DNA from: Opitutales bacterium
Lineage (GTDB): Bacteria > Verrucomicrobiota > Verrucomicrobiia > Opitutales > JABSRG01
DNA length: 64,000 nt
Assembly (NCBI GenBank): GCA_049599475.1
Contig: JBMYOQ010000002.1
Span: 32,001-96,000 of the forward strand
Direction: 5' to 3'
Part shown: piece by piece, positions 18,633 to 28,129 of the stretch
How the letters are laid out: the number at the start of each line of letters is the position of its first letter
Numbering within the stretch: position 1 is the stretch's first letter
Translations under genes and position numbers: made by a program
Notes under the pieces: generated by a model
The model's database searches: none
What the model saw: only the letters and a program-made list of their open reading frames with translations
Told to the model about the DNA's origin: nothing

Positions 18633-18875
18633 GAAGCGTGCGGTCAAATCTTAACCACGAATTGCTGGGAGGCAGGGGTATTTTTATAAATTTCTTAGTC
18701 TGCTTGGGATGGTGTTTGTGCTTTTTGCTGAGTCACTGAATCAGGTTTGAGAGCTGGAATCTTCCGCTTCTTTAAATAATGAGTCAGTCCAGATTGCACT
18801 AACTTGAGGGTGTCTAACGAGTGATTCGGGCTTGTTTTCCATTTTGTGCGATTCACGTATTCGGCCGCGTTGGAG

Positions 18876-18975
18876 CTCACGCGAAGGCGCGAAGACGCGA
18901 AGCTAAACACAGTAATTCACAAGTTCCAGAACCCAAGCTTCGGGTCTTTGCGCCTTGAGCGCTAGTGGGCGTGAG
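18876..18975. repeat. Imperfect inverted repeat built from GCGAAG-containing units
   Basis: ctcacgcgaaggcgcgaagacgcgaag ... ctttgcgccttgagcgctagtgggcgtgag; a partial copy cttgagcgtagctggcgtgag lies at 15241-15261. Confidence 0.7.
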
Positions 18976-19482
18976 TAATTTATTTACCAGCATACATAGA
19001 TCATCACCTGTTTCTTGAGCGTGCTCGGCGGGTTGACTGAAGCTGGGTGCCGTCGGGTGCTGAAGGAACAGAGATGAAGTTTTTGGATGCCTGTAGGTCT
19101 GTGCGGGGGAGACGTTTCCGCTGGAATCGTTCCTTAGGCGATTTTTCAAGTGTGAAAGTGGAGGGAGGTCAGGTAGGAGGTGTGCGTTACTTGGGGCGTG
19201 AGCCTTGTGAAACGGCTTGGTCGGGTTCTGTTACCTTAGTCCGCAGCCGGGGTATTCTAGTTGGCGCTCGTTTATTGGACCCAAATCACGGCGCTAGAAT
19301 GGCCTATTAATGCGAACTCAATCTCGAAAACGGGACTTGATTCAGGCTGCCTACATAGAGGAGGTTGAAGCTCGGTTTTATCAAAATTTAGCTGAAACTT
19401 TTTCGTTTCGAGTTGAAATTCTGTACGGGGATGTGTGCCTTGGTGCTGTAATTGCTCTGACTGCTTTACTGCTTTCTCTACT

Positions 19483-21027
19483 ATGAAACGTCTCTTTTTC
19501 CTTTTTTCATTGCTTTGCTATTTGTCGCCATTGGGCCTGTTGGCCGCAGGGGGTGGCGATTCCCATGAGAGTTCGGGCTTTCCGATTGCCTTGGAGGAAT
19601 ATCATGATGAGGACGTCGATTCTGTCCTTGGTAAGCTGCAGTATCGTATCGAGCAGGATCCTTTTAACTTGGTTGCGACCATTATCTTCTTCATGGCGAT
19701 CCTCCATACGTTCATGGCTGGGAAGTTCATGGATATGGCTCACAAGTTCCATCATGATCATGAGCATAAGATTAAGGAGAAGGGCCTGACTGCTGAGGCG
19801 AAGCCGTATAAGAATGCGAAAGATGACGTCAGCTTTAAGAGTGAACTCTTTCACTACCTGGGCGAGGTGGAAGCCATTTTTGGTATTTGGGTGGTGCCAC
19901 TGCTCGTTGCTGTTGCAGTGTTTCACGGTTGGGGTGGGGTCACCGATTATCTCCATTATTCCCCTGACTCGGTCAACTACACCGAGCCTATGTTCGTGGT
20001 TATCATCATGGCGATCGCGTCTACGCGGCCTGTTATGTATTTTTCTGAGCAGAGTCTAAAGAAGGTCGCGGATATCGGTAAGGGGAGTCCGGCGGCATGG
20101 TGGTTGAGCATTCTCACGATCGCACCGATTCTCGGATCCTTCATAACGGAGCCAGCGGCGATGACGATTGCGGCGATTCTTCTTGGTAAAACTTTCTATG
20201 ATTTACAGCCGAGTGCCAAATTCTCCTATGCGACTCTGGGACTTCTTTTCGTCAATATCTCTGTCGGGGGCACTTTGACTCACTTTGCGGCGCCGCCGGT
20301 TTTGATGGTCGCGGGCACTTGGGGATGGGACATGCCGTTCATGTTCTCAAACTTCGGCTGGAAGGCTGTTTTGGGTATTTTAATCGCGAATGCGGCCTAT
20401 TTCACGGTATTTGCCAAGGATTTTAAGGCCCTGAACGAGAAGGCTCAGAGCCTGAAGGCGCAGTCTGCTGACGAGTTGAAAGAAGAGCCGGTTCCATTTT
20501 GGATCACTCTGGTACACCTCTTTTTCATTGGTTGGACGGTTTTCAATCTCCACTACCCGCCGCTGTTCATTGGAGGTTTCCTCTTTTTCTTGGCATTTAC
20601 CAACATGACTGCGACTCACCAGAGCAAGGTTTCTCTGAAAACTCCGATGCTCGTGGGATTCTTCCTCGCGGGTCTCGTCACGCACGGCGGTTTGCAAAAG
20701 TGGTGGATCGCCCCCGTCTTAGGGTCTTTATCCGAGATTCCACTGTTCGCTGGTTCGACGATTCTGACGGCGTTTAATGACAATGCCGCGATTACTTACC
20801 TTGCATCATTGGTTCCTTCTTTTGCTACTGCAAAGGATCTTCAGTATGCTGTTGTCGCGGGTGCGGTAACTGGCGGGGGATTGACTGTCATCGCAAACGC
20901 ACCCAATCCCGCAGGTCAGTCCATTCTGAACAAATATTTCGTAGGAGGTGTTTCCCCAGCGAAATTAGCCATGGGCTCCATCTTTCCAACTCTGGTGATG
21001 GCGGCGTGCTTCATGTTTATTCGGTAA
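19483..21027 (+). CDS. Putative Na+/H+ antiporter (DUF1504 family)
   Basis: LGEVEAIFGIW, GSFITEPAAMT, LTAFNDNAA and GGGLTVIANAPNPAG. Confidence 0.85.
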   Translation: MKRLFFLFSLLCYLSPLGLLAAGGGDSHESSGFPIALEEYHDEDVDSVLGKLQYRIEQDPFNLVATIIFFMAILHTFMAGKFMDMAHKFHHDHEHKIKEKGLTAEAKPYKNAKDDVSFKSELFHYLGEVEAIFGIWVVPLLVAVAVFHGWGGVTDYLHYSPDSVNYTEPMFVVIIMAIASTRPVMYFSEQSLKKVADIGKGSPAAWWLSILTIAPILGSFITEPAAMTIAAILLGKTFYDLQPSAKFSYATLGLLFVNISVGGTLTHFAAPPVLMVAGTWGWDMPFMFSNFGWKAVLGILIANAAYFTVFAKDFKALNEKAQSLKAQSADELKEEPVPFWITLVHLFFIGWTVFNLHYPPLFIGGFLFFLAFTNMTATHQSKVSLKTPMLVGFFLAGLVTHGGLQKWWIAPVLGSLSEIPLFAGSTILTAFNDNAAITYLASLVPSFATAKDLQYAVVAGAVTGGGLTVIANAPNPAGQSILNKYFVGGVSPAKLAMGSIFPTLVMAACFMFIR

Positions 21028-21064
21028 AGACCACCGCACATAAACCTTTTAATCTGACACAGGC

Positions 21065-21343
21065 CTAGTCGATCGATCCGACTAGGTCTGCTATTTTACG
21101 GTGACTTTCGATTGGATTCGATAGCTGGCGATCAACGAGGATTTCGTAGGTGTTCTGGCGCCCGACGCGTTTGCGGCGCAGATATCCCCCCACTTCAAGG
21201 TCCGCTACAATACGCTGCACGGCGCGTTCGGTGATGCCGATCGTCGCCGCGACTTCGCGTAGGGGCTGATTGGGTTTGTGCGCGATACAGGTCAAGACCT
21301 GTGCGTGGTTTGTAAAAAACGACCAGTGGTTTCCCATTGTCAT
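21065..21343 (-). CDS. Winged helix-turn-helix transcriptional regulator
   Basis: WSFFTNHA...LREVA..IGITERAVQRIVADL...GRQNTY. Confidence 0.85.
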   Translation of the reverse strand: MTMGNHWSFFTNHAQVLTCIAHKPNQPLREVAATIGITERAVQRIVADLEVGGYLRRKRVGRQNTYEILVDRQLSNPIESHRKIADLVGSID

Positions 21344-21452
21344 AGCTTAATAAGGCAATTTTATCGGGAAACGCATTGCATGAAACAAAAAACATGAAAA
21401 AATTGTCGGTTTAGCTTGCGTTCGCGAAAATGCGTCATCTATTTCGTGTATT

Positions 21453-22358
21453 ATGAAACGCTACAGGAGCATCGTATCTCCCCTGTCTCTTACCGAGGCA
21501 GACAAATCCATCGTTCAGTGGACGTCCAAAGTGACGCGTCTCGCTGAATCTCAGAAAGTAATTTTCGTCCACCCTATGGACATCGGTGAAATCCCCGAAG
21601 AGGCGAAAGCCAAGTATCCATGGCTGGCGGCTCCGATCGGCGAAAAGGCGATCGAAGAGATGAAGAAGACCGTCGATGCGCTTTGGGATGGTCATCCGGG
21701 CGTCGAGATAGAATTCAAGGCACTGGATAAACCGAGTCAGGCGCTCGCCATCCTAGAGGTCGTTCTGGAAGCCTCTGCCGATCTCGTTTTGGTATGTAGA
21801 GGTGCCTTTGGTAATGATTTGGCAATACGATTAGCGCGCAAGGCTCCATGCTCTGTGATGGTATTGCCTAAGGGATCCGAGGCGCAGTTGAGGAATATCA
21901 CGGTCCCTGTGGACTTCTCTGTTCACTCTAGTCGCGCAATGGATGTGGCTACCGCGTTTGCGTCAGCTGAAGGACTCGAGAAGATTACGAGTGTTCATGT
22001 TTACAGCACCGGACGCATGTCACACCGAGCTACAATTCCTGCGGAAGAGCTCACTCAGCTGACACTTGATCACGTGAAAACGAAGCATGATGAGTTCTTA
22101 GATTCTGAGGATTTGAAAGGTCTTGAGGTTACTCGGGAACACGTGTGCAGTATGATTAAGCCTCAGGCTATTGTCAGCGAAGCTAAGCGCAATGGTTCTG
22201 ACATTATAGTGCTTGGATGTCGAGGTAAGGACACGATTGCAGCTCTCTTATTGGGCAGTGTTACCGAAGAGCTTATGCGGATTTCGGACGTGCCGGTGAT
22301 TGCAGCGAAAGAAAAGGGCACAGGTCTCAGCTTAGTGAAAGCCCTTTTAGGAAATTAA
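21453..22358 (+). CDS. Universal stress protein (tandem USP domains)
   Basis: ARKAPCSV, VPVDFS and IVLGCRG...LLGSVTE. Confidence 0.88.
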   Translation: MKRYRSIVSPLSLTEADKSIVQWTSKVTRLAESQKVIFVHPMDIGEIPEEAKAKYPWLAAPIGEKAIEEMKKTVDALWDGHPGVEIEFKALDKPSQALAILEVVLEASADLVLVCRGAFGNDLAIRLARKAPCSVMVLPKGSEAQLRNITVPVDFSVHSSRAMDVATAFASAEGLEKITSVHVYSTGRMSHRATIPAEELTQLTLDHVKTKHDEFLDSEDLKGLEVTREHVCSMIKPQAIVSEAKRNGSDIIVLGCRGKDTIAALLLGSVTEELMRISDVPVIAAKEKGTGLSLVKALLGN

Positions 22359-22373
22359 AGGAAAGCCTCTCCA

Positions 22374-24686
22374 ATGGTTCTGCTAGCTACACTTTGTATA
22401 TTGCTTGCTGCTGTACCCTGGGCATTTTGCGTCGGGAAGCTGAACAACCGGATGCGCGGACTGCTGTTAATGGCGCCTGCGTTTGTGGTTTTTCTTCTTT
22501 TAATCGGCCCACTCGCCTCGGAGTATTTAAAGGTTGGGGAAGTCGCCTACCAGTTTGAGTGGGTGCCTCAACTCGATTTGAGCTTTGCGCTTCGGCTACA
22601 CGGAGTGGGATTGCTTCTCGCTCTGTTAGTCACAGGGATTGGATCATTCATCATGCTCTATGCTAGCGGGTATATGGACGGGTATCCGGGGGCGAATAAG
22701 TTGTATGGGTATCTCTATGCATTCATGCTCGCGATGTTGGGCTTGGCTCTCTCGGACCACCTCCTCCTCACCTTTATCTTTTGGGAGCTCACGAGTATTA
22801 CGTCCTATCTTTTAATAGGGTTCAATCATGAGAAATCTGAGTCTCGCCGTAATGCATTACAGGCGCTCTTAGTCACAGGCCTGGGCGGGATGGCTTTGAT
22901 GGCAGGCTTCATATTGCTCGCCCAAGTGTATGACACCTGGATCCTTTCGGAAATCCTATCTTCTTCGATACAAGTAACTGAGCACGCTTGGTATCCCGCG
23001 ATTTTGATTTTGGTCGCACTAGGTGCCTTTACTAAATCCGCTCAATTCCCGTTCCACTTCTGGTTGCCCAACGCGATGGCGGCGCCGACGCCCGTGAGTG
23101 CTTATTTACACTCCGCTACGATGGTGAAGGCTGGAGTCTATTTGCTAGCTCTCATGCTTCCGATTCTAGGTGGCACGCAAATGTGGACTCTGATGCTCTG
23201 TATTGCTGGAGGAATTACGCTAATCCTCGGTGGTTGGTTTGGGCTTCAGCAGAATGATCTCAAAAAACTTTTGGCGGGAACGACTTTGGCAGTTTTGGGC
23301 TTGTTGACGTTTTTGCTCGGTCTGGGGACTGAGAAGGCTGCGTTGGCGGCAATATTATTCTTATTAGGACACGCCCTGTATAAGGCGACTTTGTTCATGG
23401 TCGCGGGTTCAATTGATCATGAGGCGGGTACGCGTGACATACGGATCTTGGGCTCTCTCAGAGGGCTAATGCCTGTTACGTGTGCGGCAGCGCTCATCGC
23501 AGCCGTCTCCAAAATGGGCCTCCCTCCGTTATTCGGGTTTATAGGCAAGGAGTACACTTACAAAGCGACATTGGCGGGGGGGGCGGCATTCTGGATGTCA
23601 GCTCTTCTGATTGTTGGAAACGCGATTTTATTCGCTCTAGCATTTAAGGCAGGTGTGCTTCCTTTTTGGAAGAAGGGGGACGTCTCAGAACTTCCTAAAA
23701 AGCCGCACGAAGCCCCTCTCTCGATGTATGCCGGACCGGTTGTGTTATCTCTGTTGGGTCTAGTCTTTGGACTGTTTCCAGCACTGGTTAAGCCTCTAGT
23801 TCAGGCGTGCATGACATTGATGGCGCCTGCTGCTGATCCTATAAGCATCAAGCTGTGGGCTGGGTTTAACCTTCCCCTGCTACTGAGTGGAGTCACCGTC
23901 GCTCTGGGCGCGGTGATCGTTGTGCTTGGGAAGCGGATACAACTATTCGCTGAGAAAGTGAAAATGCGAACCTTCGATGAATACTACGATGTGTTCTTAA
24001 AAGGAGTTGTAGGCTTGGCCAATTGGCAGACCCGTACGCTTCAATCTGGAAATTTGAGGCACTATTTGATCATTATTCTTTGCGGATCGTTTGCCTTGGT
24101 TGCTTACAAGCTCAGCAATTCAGGCCAATTTGGTTTGGGCGATCAGGTGCAGTCGTTCTCTTGGCCAGCAGTGTTCATTATCCTTACAATGTTTCCAGCT
24201 ATCCTCTTTGCGATCACTACGCAAAATAGGATTACAGCACTCATCGCACTGGGGGTCATTGGCTTTGGTATCGCGTTAATTTTTGCAATTTACAGTGCGC
24301 CAGACCTAGCGATCACTCAAATCTTGGTGGAAACTCTCACCGTTGCCCTGTTCGCTTGGGTGGTTTCGAAACTACCCAAACTGCGTATGATTTCGGACAA
24401 GAGTAAATTATTCTGGGATGCGCTCATCAGTATTTCGGCCGGAGCTTTGGTGACTATCATGGTCCTTAAATCTAAGGCCGTAGATCTGGGAACGCGGATC
24501 TCTGATCAGCTGACAGCCTGGAGTTACCCGGAAGCACATGGCAGTAATGTGGTGAATGTAATACTCGTCGATTTTAGAGCCTTAGATACTCTAGGTGAAG
24601 TCGTGGTTCTCTTTATCGCGGCTGTAGGGGTCTGGGCCTTACTCTCAAACAGCAAAAAAATCACTGAGAAGGAGGTGTCTCAATGA
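22374..24686 (+). CDS. mrpA: Mrp/Mnh Na+/H+ antiporter subunit A
   Basis: FWELTSITSYLLIG, TKSAQFPFHFWLP.AM.APTPVSAYLHSATMVKAG and DFRALDTLGE. Confidence 0.95.
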   Translation: MVLLATLCILLAAVPWAFCVGKLNNRMRGLLLMAPAFVVFLLLIGPLASEYLKVGEVAYQFEWVPQLDLSFALRLHGVGLLLALLVTGIGSFIMLYASGYMDGYPGANKLYGYLYAFMLAMLGLALSDHLLLTFIFWELTSITSYLLIGFNHEKSESRRNALQALLVTGLGGMALMAGFILLAQVYDTWILSEILSSSIQVTEHAWYPAILILVALGAFTKSAQFPFHFWLPNAMAAPTPVSAYLHSATMVKAGVYLLALMLPILGGTQMWTLMLCIAGGITLILGGWFGLQQNDLKKLLAGTTLAVLGLLTFLLGLGTEKAALAAILFLLGHALYKATLFMVAGSIDHEAGTRDIRILGSLRGLMPVTCAAALIAAVSKMGLPPLFGFIGKEYTYKATLAGGAAFWMSALLIVGNAILFALAFKAGVLPFWKKGDVSELPKKPHEAPLSMYAGPVVLSLLGLVFGLFPALVKPLVQACMTLMAPAADPISIKLWAGFNLPLLLSGVTVALGAVIVVLGKRIQLFAEKVKMRTFDEYYDVFLKGVVGLANWQTRTLQSGNLRHYLIIILCGSFALVAYKLSNSGQFGLGDQVQSFSWPAVFIILTMFPAILFAITTQNRITALIALGVIGFGIALIFAIYSAPDLAITQILVETLTVALFAWVVSKLPKLRMISDKSKLFWDALISISAGALVTIMVLKSKAVDLGTRISDQLTAWSYPEAHGSNVVNVILVDFRALDTLGEVVVLFIAAVGVWALLSNSKKITEKEVSQ

Positions 24687-25105
24687 ATTCCTTACTGATG
24701 AGTATCGCGGCACGCTATCTGGTACCACTTCTTTGGATACTGTCTATTTGTGTGCTTTACCGAGGACACAACCTTCCGGGAGGCGGATTTATCGGGGGGC
24801 TATTAGGAGCTTCAGCCATACTGCTGATCGCACTGGTAGAAGGGTGGGATCGTGCCAAGCGGGCGACTCCGTTTGAGCCGATCACTATCATGATAATCGG
24901 TTTGAGCATCGCGATCCTGAGTGGCTTTGTAGGCATCTTCGCTGGAGGGAATTTTCTACAGGGTATCTGGTTGCCCTTTTTCGACGCTCCTCTTTTGGGC
25001 AAGGTCAAGCTGGGGACGCCACTCCTATTTGATGTAGGCGTATACTTTGTAGTTATTGGATTCACCGTTAAGAGCGCTCAGGCGCTGGGAACAGAGGAAG
25101 GATAA
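24683..25105 (+). CDS. mrpB: Mrp subunit B
   Basis: RGHNLPGGGFIGGL and FDVGVY. Confidence 0.95.
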   Translation: MNSLLMSIAARYLVPLLWILSICVLYRGHNLPGGGFIGGLLGASAILLIALVEGWDRAKRATPFEPITIMIIGLSIAILSGFVGIFAGGNFLQGIWLPFFDAPLLGKVKLGTPLLFDVGVYFVVIGFTVKSAQALGTEEG

Positions 25106-25459
25106 ATGGATTTCTTAATTTCTATATTAATTGGGGCTCTTTTCGCGGGAGGTGTATTCTGCCTGTTGCGTCGGAGTTTGATGCGATTGATCATCGGCAT
25201 AATGCTGCTGAGTCAGGCTGCGAATTTGCTGGTATTTGCTGCGGGAGGGCTGACTACTTCGGTTCCGGCCTTTGCTGAGAGTGCTACCAAGTTGCCGCCG
25301 GTTGCACATGCGGATCCTTTGCCGCAAGCCCTTGTTCTTACCGCGATTGTTATCGGGTTTGGACTCGTTGTATTCACAATTTCATTATTGCTAAAGGCTT
25401 ACCGCGCGGTGGGCAGCGATGATATAAACGCTTTTGATCAAACCGACCGTATCTCATGA
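25106..25459 (+). CDS. mrpC: Mrp subunit C
   Basis: DPLPQALVLTAIVIGF. Confidence 0.95.
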   Translation: MDFLISILIGALFAGGVFCLLRRSLMRLIIGIMLLSQAANLLVFAAGGLTTSVPAFAESATKLPPVAHADPLPQALVLTAIVIGFGLVVFTISLLLKAYRAVGSDDINAFDQTDRIS

Positions 25460-26976
25460 TTTGGTTATTATCCTCTATCTTAATTCCTGCATTGGGAGCA
25501 ATTTTCTGCCTTTCGACGAGCAATCGTCCACGGGCCAATCAGGCAATGGGTGTTGCTACGTCAGTGCTCCTATTGATCTCATCGGTATTTTTACTAATTG
25601 AGGTTCAGAAGCATGGCTATGTTGCTACTCAACCCGGTGCCTGGGAGGCTCCCTTCGGGATCACTCTGGTCGCAGATTTATTCAGTGCAGCCATGGTACT
25701 GATCACGGCGATCGTTGCTGTCGCTGTTGCCATATACTCGTTGCGGGATATCGGCGAAGACCTAGTGCGTAAACACTACTATGCCTTGTTCCTCCTGCTG
25801 ATAACTGGTGTGAATGGGTCGTTCATCACCGGTGACCTCTTCAACCTGTATGTATGGTTTGAGGTCATGCTCTTATCATCCTTTGTGCTTATAACGCTCG
25901 GTGGCACGCGTGCCCAATTCGAAGGAGGAGTGAAGTACCTCGTAATAAATTTGTTGTCATCGATATTGTTCCTGGGAGGCGTCGGCCTGATATACGGGAA
26001 GCTCGGCACTTTGAATATGGCGGAAATCGCTCTACTTATGGAGCAGTCCGAAGATGCATTTTTGATCAACAGTAGTGCTATGCTCTTGCTCTCGGCTTTT
26101 GGCGTGAAGGCTGCGATGTTCCCATTCTTCTTCTGGCTGCCCGCATCCTATCATACGCCGAATGTTGTAATATCGGCTTTGTTCGCCGGGTTGCTCACTA
26201 AGGTAGGGGTTTACGCACTGATTCGTACGTATACACTGATGTTTCACAGCCAATTTGAAGTCGTGCAAGAGATCTTACTTTTCTTGGCTGGGGCTACCAT
26301 GGTTACAGGGGTTCTGGGAGCGGCAGCTCAATACGAAATTCGTAAGATTCTCTCGTTTCACATCATTAGTCAGATTGGCTACATGGTAATGGGACTGGCG
26401 ATTGGGAGTAGCCTGGCGCTTGCTGGTGCGATCTTTTACACCCTGCACCATATTATCGTTAAAACGAACCTGTTCCTCCTCGGAGGCATCATCATGCGTC
26501 GTTGTGGCACTGCTGACCTGAAGGCCATTGGTGGACTTTACAAATGGGCTCCTGGGTTGGCTTTGCTCTTTTTTATTCCTGCATTTTCGCTGGGCGGCAT
26601 TCCTCCCTTGTCTGGATTTTGGGCAAAATTTAGCGTGATCAAAGCTGGTCTTGAGGAAAGTCATTATATTTTGGTGACAGTGGCTTTGCTCGTCGGCGTG
26701 CTGACGCTTTACTCCATGACCAAAATTTGGGCTGAGGCCTTCTGGAAAAAATCTCCCGACGGAGCGAAAGAGATCAGCGCGACTGACGGAAGAGAGATAT
26801 CCTTATTGGGGCCGTGTATAGCTCTCGCGGTTATCACGGTTGGAATCGGGCTTTGGAGCGCACCCCTGTTCGAGCTGGCCGAGTCTGCGAGCGCACAGTT
26901 GGAGAATCCCCAAGCATATATTAACTACGTATTGAACCCTTCAGAATCAGAGAGTTATGCGAGCATTCATCCTTAG
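25456..26976 (+). CDS. mrpD: Mrp subunit D
   Basis: DLFNLYVWFEV, LTKVGVYA and GIPPLSGFWAK. Confidence 0.95.
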   Translation: MIWLLSSILIPALGAIFCLSTSNRPRANQAMGVATSVLLLISSVFLLIEVQKHGYVATQPGAWEAPFGITLVADLFSAAMVLITAIVAVAVAIYSLRDIGEDLVRKHYYALFLLLITGVNGSFITGDLFNLYVWFEVMLLSSFVLITLGGTRAQFEGGVKYLVINLLSSILFLGGVGLIYGKLGTLNMAEIALLMEQSEDAFLINSSAMLLLSAFGVKAAMFPFFFWLPASYHTPNVVISALFAGLLTKVGVYALIRTYTLMFHSQFEVVQEILLFLAGATMVTGVLGAAAQYEIRKILSFHIISQIGYMVMGLAIGSSLALAGAIFYTLHHIIVKTNLFLLGGIIMRRCGTADLKAIGGLYKWAPGLALLFFIPAFSLGGIPPLSGFWAKFSVIKAGLEESHYILVTVALLVGVLTLYSMTKIWAEAFWKKSPDGAKEISATDGREISLLGPCIALAVITVGIGLWSAPLFELAESASAQLENPQAYINYVLNPSESESYASIHP

Positions 26977-27292
26977 ATTATTTCACATAGTGGAGTTTTC
27001 CATAGTCTATATTGGAGAGGTCCTGAAAAGTAACTTCGAAGTCGCCTACGACGTGTTGACGCCTGTCGACCGTATGAAGCCTGCGATGATCAAGGTCGAC
27101 GTCGAAGGCCTCTCAGATCGCGAACTATTGGCATTCTCTAATTTGATAACAATGACTCCCGGAACGCTTAGTGTGGATGTGTGTGAGGAACGAAAGTCTA
27201 TCCTCGTCCACGCAATGTATTCTGAAAATCCCAAGGAGCTCGCTCAGGACATTAATGAAACCCTCAGAAAAAGGATAGCTCATGTTTTTTGA
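26957..27292 (+). CDS. mrpE: Mrp subunit E
   Basis: NLITMTPGTLSVD, VHAM. Confidence 0.92.
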   Translation: MRAFILRLFHIVEFSIVYIGEVLKSNFEVAYDVLTPVDRMKPAMIKVDVEGLSDRELLAFSNLITMTPGTLSVDVCEERKSILVHAMYSENPKELAQDINETLRKRIAHVF

Positions 27293-27572
27293 TATTCCTC
27301 AATTACCGGATGCCTTGATTGTCGCGATACAATCAATTTTGGGATTGGCGATGTTCCTGTGTCTTTGGCGTTTAGTAAAAGGCCCTTCGATTTTGGATCG
27401 CATCGTTGCTCTAGATTTACTCGCGGCACTGATAATGGCTCAACTCATCCCGCTGGTCTTAGTGAGTGGCTTTGTGTCCTTCCTAAATGTAGCTGTGGCT
27501 ATCGCAGTGATCAGCTTCATCGCAACAGTCGCTTTGGCTCGCTATTTAGAACATTCTAAAGATCTCGAATAA
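27282..27572 (+). CDS. mrpF: Mrp subunit F
   Basis: RLVKGPS..DRIVALD. Confidence 0.92.
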   Translation: MFFDIPQLPDALIVAIQSILGLAMFLCLWRLVKGPSILDRIVALDLLAALIMAQLIPLVLVSGFVSFLNVAVAIAVISFIATVALARYLEHSKDLE

Positions 27573-27934
27573 TGATATACGTAGCATCCTTTTTTCTACT
27601 ACTTGGCAGTATCTTCGCGCTGATTGCAGCGATTGGTGTCGTGCGCATGCCGGACTTGTATTGCAGAATGCATGCGGCTACCAAAGCAGGCGCCTTTGGA
27701 GTGAGCCTCATGTTATTAGGGGTTGTTCTCCTAATGCCTTCATTGCGTATTATTATTCAGAGTGTAATGATTGTGGCCTTCTTTTACATGACGGCTCCAC
27801 TGGCAGGTCATATGATCGGGCGGGTTGCTCTCAAAAAGAAATTGCCGATGTGGCAACCGATAGAAGTGAAGTCACTGCGCAATCAAACTCCGAAAGAAAA
27901 TTTGTCACTCTTGAGTGAGAGAGATCGCGTTTGA
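27572..27934 (+). CDS. mrpG: Mrp subunit G
   Basis: RMPDLYCRMHAATKAG. Confidence 0.93.
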   Translation: MIYVASFFLLLGSIFALIAAIGVVRMPDLYCRMHAATKAGAFGVSLMLLGVVLLMPSLRIIIQSVMIVAFFYMTAPLAGHMIGRVALKKKLPMWQPIEVKSLRNQTPKENLSLLSERDRV

Positions 27935-28129
27935 ACCGTATATGGCTTCTCGAAGGCGCTAGAGAGGGCGAACCGTCTCGGTAGCCAGCACCATTTAAGT
28001 CTTTCCTAGGCCCTCGATCGGCTCACCAGGGATAGTTCGCCCTGCCATTTGCGGAGATAATTTTGAGAAAGGGGTTAATGCGCGAGGCGAATATCAGGTT
28101 GATATCCTCTTCGCGCTGATGGCCTTGGC

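Noticed and set aside
18980..19200. Possible further decayed antitoxin fragment
   Set aside because: The similarity needs several frameshifts and is too weak to support by eye
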